Source: the human T2T-CHM13v2.0 reference genome, Homo sapiens. Taken from it: a stretch of 64,000 bases of DNA. The stretch lies in the NCBI RefSeq assembly GCF_009914755.1, contig NC_060947.1; one strand, 5' to 3'. Position 1 is the first letter of the stretch; each line of letters begins with the position of its first letter. Made by a program: the position numbers and the translations under genes. This document shows, in pieces, positions 57,435 through 64,000 of this stretch. The notes beneath the pieces were generated by a model. It was not told the origin of the DNA, ran no database searches, and saw nothing but the letters and a program-made list of their open reading frames with translations.

Positions 57435-57652
57435 CTTGAGACAGAGTGCCCTGGTTTTAACGGGAATTCCACAGTTTATCTGCTCTTTAACAAATTCCTG
57501 TCTCTAAACCTCAATTTCCTTATCTGTAAAACGAGACCACAGATCATATCCACCCATGGTATTAGCTGGATTCACTGAGTTCATGCAGAAAGCAGTTAAC
57601 ACAGTAAGTAGCATGTTGAAACTGTTCAATAAAAGTTAGCTATGCTTATTAT
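57435..57652 (+). mobile_element. MIR SINE
   Basis: ctctaaacctcaatttccttatctgtaaaa...ttcaataaaagttagctat. Confidence 0.8.
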
Positions 57653-57661
57653 TCATTTACC

Positions 57662-58174
57662 TGCTGAGACCAGCTCGGTCGGGGAGACCCTAACCCAGCA
57701 GCGCTAGAGGAATTAAAGACACACACACAGAAATATAGAGGTGTGAAGTGGGAAATCAGGGGTCTCACAGCCTTCAGAGCTGAGAGCCCCGAGCAGAGAT
57801 TTACCCACATATTTATTAACAGCAAGCCAGTCATTAGCATTGTTTCTTTAAATATCAGATTAACTAAAAGTATCCCTTATGGGAAATAAAGGGATGGGCC
57901 GAAATAAAGGGATGGGTTGGGCTAGTTATCTGCAGCAGGAGCATGTCCTTAAGGCACAGATCACTCATGCTATTGTTTGTGGTTTAAGAATGCCTTTAAG
58001 CAGTTTTCCACCCTGGGTGGGCCAGGTATTCCTTGCCCTCATTCTGGTAAACCCACAATCTTCCAGCGTGGGCATCATGACCATCATGAAAATGTCACAG
58101 TGCTGCAGAGATTTCGTTTATGGCCAGTTTGGGGGCCAGTTTATGGCCAGATTTGGGGGGGCCTGTTCGCAACA
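57662..58174 (-). mobile_element. MER9 solo LTR (HERV-K HML-3)
   Basis: The minus strand begins tgttgcgaacaggcccccccaaatctggccataaactggcc; 513 bp; 6-bp TSD tttacc/ttttcc with one mismatch. Confidence 0.93.
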
Positions 58175-58179
58175 TTTTC

Positions 58180-58372
58180 CCACTCCATTTTGTGAACCCA
58201 CAATTACTTTTCCAGATAGGCTAGGAACTTTTGGGGAGGAGAGAACGGTCTCTGTATTTCTTTCATCTTTATATCGCCATTACTTAGTACAATGCCCTGG
58301 CTTGGCTTGTAATACACGTACAATAAATAATTGCTAAGATGCATGCATTACTGAATAATTAACTGAATGAAG
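58180..58372 (+). mobile_element. L2 3' end remnant
   Basis: acttagtacaatgccctggc...caataaataattgctaa...tgaatga. Confidence 0.6.
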
Positions 58373-58761
58373 AATATGGTAATAACATATGGACTTTTTA
58401 TATTTGTTCAGCAGGTGCTGTCTTCAAGAATGACAAGTAGACAGAGGAAATAATGCCACTAAAGGAGAGTTGAAGAAAATCAAGTCTGTAGTGTTAATTC
58501 TGGGGTTATATGGATGGTTCCTCCAAGAAGTCATTTGTCCAGCATGACTTTTTGCAGTCAGTAGAATATGGTTAACCAAGAACTTGATGTCTCTCTATTG
58601 TTCTATTTATTATTCCATTAGTTGCTTACCCTTTAACCTTTTTAAAAAAGTTCTTGTATAGTTTTACTTCCTTTTATCTTAGTTCCAGATAGTTTAACTT
58701 GTTAAAAGCATTATAATTTTTTTAGCCATTGAAAGACTTTATTCTATTGAAAACAATAAAA

Positions 58762-59075
<314 letters not shown>

Positions 59076-59231
59076 TCAACATGACATCATTTGTTAAAAA
59101 AATCCCATGTTTCCCCAAAGTGTACATTGTTTTGTTTACTCTTTTAGTTTCTTACATTTATTTGCTTCCTCATTTTGAACTTAAGTTTCCTTTTTTTGGT
59201 GCCAGTTTTCTGGGGACAGTCTCATACTGTC

Positions 59232-59392
59232 CTTTTTTATTTTAATTAAACTTAAAATTTTGAGATTATTGTAGGTTCACATGCAGTTGTAAGAAGTGAT
59301 ACAGAGAGAGTCTACGTAGCTATTACCCAGTTGGTTCCAATGGTAACAGCTTGCAAAATTATAGTACAATATCACAATCAGAATATTGACCT
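59232..59392 (-). mobile_element. L1MC 3' terminal fragment
   Basis: ttttgagattattgtaggttcacatgcagttgtaagaa...tatagtacaatatcacaa. Confidence 0.8.
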
Positions 59393-59426
59393 CTATCCTT
59401 GTGATGATGGAAATGTTCCTTTAACC

Positions 59427-60789
59427 TTTTTTTTTTCTATACTTTAAGTTCTAGGGTACATGTGCACAATGTGCAGATTTGTTACATACGTATACATGTG
59501 CCATGTTGGTGTGCTGCACCCATTAACTCGTCATTTACATTACGTATATTTCCTAATGCTATCCCTCCCCCCTACCACCACCCCACAACAGGCCCCGGTG
59601 TGTGATGTTCCCCACCCTGTGTCCAAGTGTTCTCATTGTTCAATTCCCACCTACGAGTGAGAACATGCGGTGTTTGGTTTTCTGTCCTTGCAATAGTTTG
59701 CTGAGAATGATGGTTTCCAGCTTCATCCATGTCCCTACAAAGGACATGAACTCATCCTTCTTTATGGCTGCATAGTATTCCATGGTGTATATGTGCCACA
59801 TTTTCTTAATCCAGTCTATCATTGATGGGCATTTGGGTTGGTTCCAAGTCTTTGCTATTGTGAATAGTGCACAATAAACATATGTGTGCATGTGTCTTTA
59901 TAGCAGCATGATTTATAATCCTTTGGGTGTATACCCAGTAATGGGATGGCTGGGTCAAATGGTATTTCTAGTTCTAGATCCGTGAGGAATCGCCACACTG
60001 TCTTCCACAATGGTTGAACTAGTTTACAGTCCCACCAACAGTGTAAAAGTGTTCCTATTTCTCCACATCCTCTCCAGCACCTGTTGTTTCCTGACTTTTT
60101 AATGATTGCCATTCTAACTGGTGTGAGATGATATCTCATTGTGGTTTTGATTTGCATTTCTCTGATGGCCAGTGATGATGAGCATTTTTTCATGTGTCTG
60201 TTGGCTGCATAAATGTCTTCTTTTGAGAAGTGTCTGTTCATGTCCTTCGCCATTTTTTGATGAGGTTGTTTTTTTCTTGCAAATTTGTTTGAGTTCATTG
60301 TAGATTCTGGATATTAGCCCTTTGTCAGATAGGTAGATTGCAAAAATTTTCTCCCATTCTGTAGGTTGCCGGTTCACTCTGATGGTAGTTTCTTTTGCTG
60401 TGCAGAAGCTCTTTAGTTTAATTAGATCCCATTTGTCAATTTTGTCTTTTGTTGCCATTGCTTTTGGTGTTTTAGACATGAAGTCCTTGCCCATGCCTAT
60501 GTCCTGAATGGTATTGCCTAGGTTTTCTTCTAGAGTTTTTATGGTTTTAGGTCTAACATTTAAGTTTTTAATCCATCTTGAATTAATTTTTGTATAAGGT
60601 GTAAGGAAGGGATCCAGTTTCAGTTTTCTGCATATGGCTATCCAGTTTTCCCAGCACCATTTATTAAATAGGGAATCCTTTCCCCATTTCTTGTTTTTGT
60701 CAGGTTTGTCAAAGATCAGATGGTTGTAGATGTGTGGTATTATTTCTGAGGGCTCTGTTCTGTTCCATTGGTCTATATCTCTGTTTTGG
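59427..60789 (-). mobile_element. 5'-truncated L1PA4/5 (~1.36 kb)
   Basis: Frameshifted ORF2p C-terminus ([16 protein letters not shown]; CCHC motif [18 protein letters not shown]) in ORFs 59640-60494; poly(T) at the left end. Confidence 0.97.
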
Positions 60790-61624
60790 GTAAACTCACA
60801 TGTTGCTTTTTTCTTTTAAATGAACAGTGAACCATTGACTAGAAGTAAAATATATAAATGAGAACTAGGAAATATGAATAAGTCTCAGAGATAGCAGGCA
60901 TTTTCAGTATATAAAAAAAAACAAGTTCTTTCAAAGGCTACATAGGAAGAGTCTTTTATTTGAATGAGACAAATATCAGTATGAGCAGACTTCCACAAGT
61001 CTCATATCTCTTTATTTTGTTCTCTTCATCCTGTACTTGGTTAGCCATATTTTGGTCTATTTTCTTTTATTTTTTCTAGGCAAAGTTTTTACAGAAGTAT
61101 AACAGAGATTCAGATGTGTAACAGATTATAGGTGGACAACTTGCGTTTTTAGAAAATGAACATACCTGTGAAGCCAGCACCCACATCAAGAAACAGAATA
61201 TGACTACCCTGTCCAAAACTCCTTCCTCATATGACCCTTCAGTCACTACCCAGCAGGAGCCTCAAATTTTACTTCTTTTATGAAATATTTTAAACACAGA
61301 AGAAAGAATACTCTCATGAACCTCTATGTACCCACAAACCAGCATTGTCAAAACTTAGTATGATACCACATTCCACATCTGCTGTAGCTCTTTTTTGTTT
61401 CTTTCTTTTTTTTTGAAAGAAAAATTCTAAATATACTTCCGATATCTCAGATAAATGGAAGTTTTAATGAACAACATTCACTGCACATACATAAATATCT
61501 TTAAAGCATCTACCATGTGCCAAGTCATTACACATGGATGTCCTCTATTTTAAAATAATACATGTACATAATTATGAAATAAATGTAAATGATTCAAAAA
61601 TTATGCCAGAAAAATACATCTCCT

Positions 61625-62263
61625 TTGCCTGTGAGAATGTAAAATGCTGCGGCCTCTGTGAAAAAATCTGCTGGTTCCTCAAAGTTAAACGTAGAGTTAC
61701 CATATGACCCAGCAATTTCACCCCTAAGAATATATCCCAAATATTTTCAAAAAGAGACTCAGATACTTGTATGCCATTGTTCATAGCAGCATTATTCACA
61801 ATAGCCAAATGTACAAAGTGCCCAGCAACAGATAAATGGATAAGCAAAATGTGATATATACCTAGAGTGGAAAAGTATCCAGCCATAAAAAGAAAAGAAG
61901 TTCTGATACTGCTGCAACATGGATTAAACTTGAAGCATTTTGTTAAGCAAAATGAGACAGATACACAAAAAAGAAAAACATGTATGATTAGACGTGTATA
62001 AAATATCTAGAATAGGCAAAATCTTACAAACAAACAGTAAATTAGAGGATAGCAGGGGCTAGGGGCAGGGAAAAAGTTGAGGAGTTATTGTTTAGTGGGT
62101 ACAGACTTTCTTTTTGGAGTGATGAAAAGTTTTGACACAGATAGTGGTGATGGCTGCACAATGATATATATATATAATAATTGTCACTAAATTGTACACT
62201 TCAATAATAATTAAAATGGCAAATATGTTATATACATTTTATCACAATGAAAAAAGTAAAAAA
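61625..62263 (+). mobile_element. L1MB 3' end
   Basis: tagagttaccatatgacccagcaatttcac...gatgaaaagttttg...gatagtggtgatggctgcacaa. Confidence 0.9.
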
Positions 62264-62589
62264 GGCCAGATGTGGTAGCTCATGCCTGTAATCCCAACAC
62301 TTTGGGAAGCCAAGGCGGGAGGATCACTTGAGCCCAGGAGTTGAGACCAGCCTGGGCAATGTAGGGAAACCCTGTTTCTACAAAAAATAAGCCAGGTGTG
62401 GTGGCCCACTCCTGCAGTCCCAGCTACTCTTGAAGCTGAGGCGGGAAGATGACTGGAGCACAGGAGGTTGAAGCTGCAGTGAGTCATGATCTTGTCACTG
62501 CACTCCAGCCTGAGCGACAAAGAGAGACCCTGTCTCAAAAAAAAAAAAAAAAAAAGAAAGAAAGAAAGAAAGAAAAAGGAAAAAAAAAA
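62264..62589 (+). mobile_element. AluJ with an A/(GAAA)n tail
   Basis: ggaggatcacttgagcccaggagttgagacc; dimeric. Confidence 0.95.
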
Positions 62590-62729
62590 CCCATAGATAG
62601 CATAGATAGACAATAATTGCAGACAGAAGGCAACAGGATAATATACTTATATTGAGAAATAATAAGTTCAAACCTAAAAATGTATACTCAAATAAACAAT
62701 CACTTACAAATACAGGGCCAACAAAGACC

Positions 62730-63720
62730 TTTCAGATGAACAAAAGACACATTGGGGGAAGATATTTTTAATTCAAATAAATGATAAAATATTAGTATCT
62801 AGAGTAAATTTTTTGAAAGCTTATAAATCATCATGAATAAGACAAATCAAGAGAGAAATGGACAAAGTATCTGAAACAGCAATTCACAAATAAAGGAAAC
62901 ATTAGTGATCGATAAACACAGGAAAAATTGTTTAGCCTCATCCTCCTGCCTCAGCCTCCTGAGTAGCTTAGCCTCATTAGGAATCAGAAACATGCAGAGT
63001 AAAACATCATTTATACCCATCACATCAGGAAAAAAATTAAAGTTGGATAATATGAAATTTGGTGAGATTTCAGTGAGAAAAGCACTATTATACTTTACTA
63101 ATGAATAGGATCATATACCGTGAAAGGCAAGTTGTTAATACACATATCCTGAATTTAGCAATGACACTTCTGAGTATCTACCAAAAAGAAATAGTCCACA
63201 TGTAAACAAGGAAACAAGCACAAGAATGTTCATTATAGCATTGTGTTAATAGAAAACTTTTAGAAACCACACTTTGGATATTAAAATGGCTAAATAGGAT
63301 TTAGTGTATCGTGGAATATAATATTCTGCAGCATACAAAATGAATTAACTGGCTCTCTACATTTATCAACAAGTACACATGAATCCATAAAATTTAGAGA
63401 AGAAAGCAAATTTGACACTAATTACATGCATAATTCTACCATTTATATAGAAAAACACAAAACAGTGTTGTATATTTTTCTCGTACATATGTGGATGCAA
63501 AATTAAGATTTTTTTTAAGTGTAAATATATTTCTGAGGAGTCTGGAAGGGATCAGAATAGAGGATAGTCAAAGGAGACTTTCACTTTACCTGTACTCATC
63601 TATTTTTTTGAGTGTATGTTAGTATATTGCACATGCATTTTTTTAAAAATTGGGAAAAAATCTTTCTGAGAAGAAATGTAGTAAATTAATAGTGGTTACC
63701 TCTGGAAAGGAGCGTAGAAG
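62730..63720 (+). mobile_element. Old L1ME/L1MD-type ORF2-end and 3'UTR fragments
   Basis: gaaatggacaaag...aacagcaattcaca; cacaagaatgttcattatagcattg; atagtggttacctctgg. Confidence 0.7.
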
Positions 63721-63852
63721 AGTATTAGGTGGTCAATGGGAAACTTTTTCTCTAATTTTCTAATTTTTTTCTATCTTTAAATTTTTTTCTCTCAAATCTT
63801 CTGCATTTTACTCGGTATGTATTCACATACTACATGTTTTTAAATGTTGAGC

Positions 63853-63979
63853 ACATGATTGTAAGTTTCCTGAAGCCTCCCCAGCCATGCTGAACTGTGT
63901 GTCAATTAAACCTCTTTCCTTTATAAATTACCCAGTCTCAGTTATGTCTTCATTAGCAGCATGAGAATGAAATAATACA
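63853..63979 (+). mobile_element. THE1C/D LTR 3' fragment
   Basis: catgattgtaagtttcctgaagcctccccagcc...aattaaacctctttcctttataaattacccagtctc...taataca. Confidence 0.9.
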
Positions 63980-64000
63980 CATACCAAGCCTGACAGCCAA

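Noticed and set aside
57879-58337. 152-aa ORF with a GNKGMG repeat
   Set aside because: Antisense reading of the MER9 LTR. The short internal duplications are, as I recall, part of the MER9 consensus.
59640-60494. Active L1 ORF2
   Set aside because: 5'-truncated to 1.36 kb and frameshifted; it lacks the endonuclease and RT domains.

Overview
This is AT-rich, CpG-poor primate (human-like) intronic or intergenic DNA, roughly half or more derived from transposable elements. It is not microbial. It contains many LINE-1 fragments of different ages (L1PA, L1PB, L1M), eight Alus, MaLR elements (a near-complete THE1, a two-LTR MSTA, a partial MSTA, solo or partial LTRs), LTR9 and MER9 solo LTRs, DNA-transposon relics (MADE2, MER47B, MER5), MIR/L2 remnants and microsatellites. 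I find no host protein-coding exon, RNA gene, CpG island or CRISPR array. The recognisable ORFs are L1 ORF1/ORF2 or MaLR-internal relics, and the rest look like chance frames. I found no convincing new biological system. The best second-look items are a 2.3-kb insert (L1PB plus unique DNA) splitting an older L1, a gap-free 162-bp tandem duplication, a fold-back template-switch hairpin in an L1PB, a long open MaLR ORF behind a chimeric LTR, and a recursive-splice-like AG|GT site. Repeat families were assigned from remembered consensus sequences, so subfamily labels and the boundaries of old elements are approximate.
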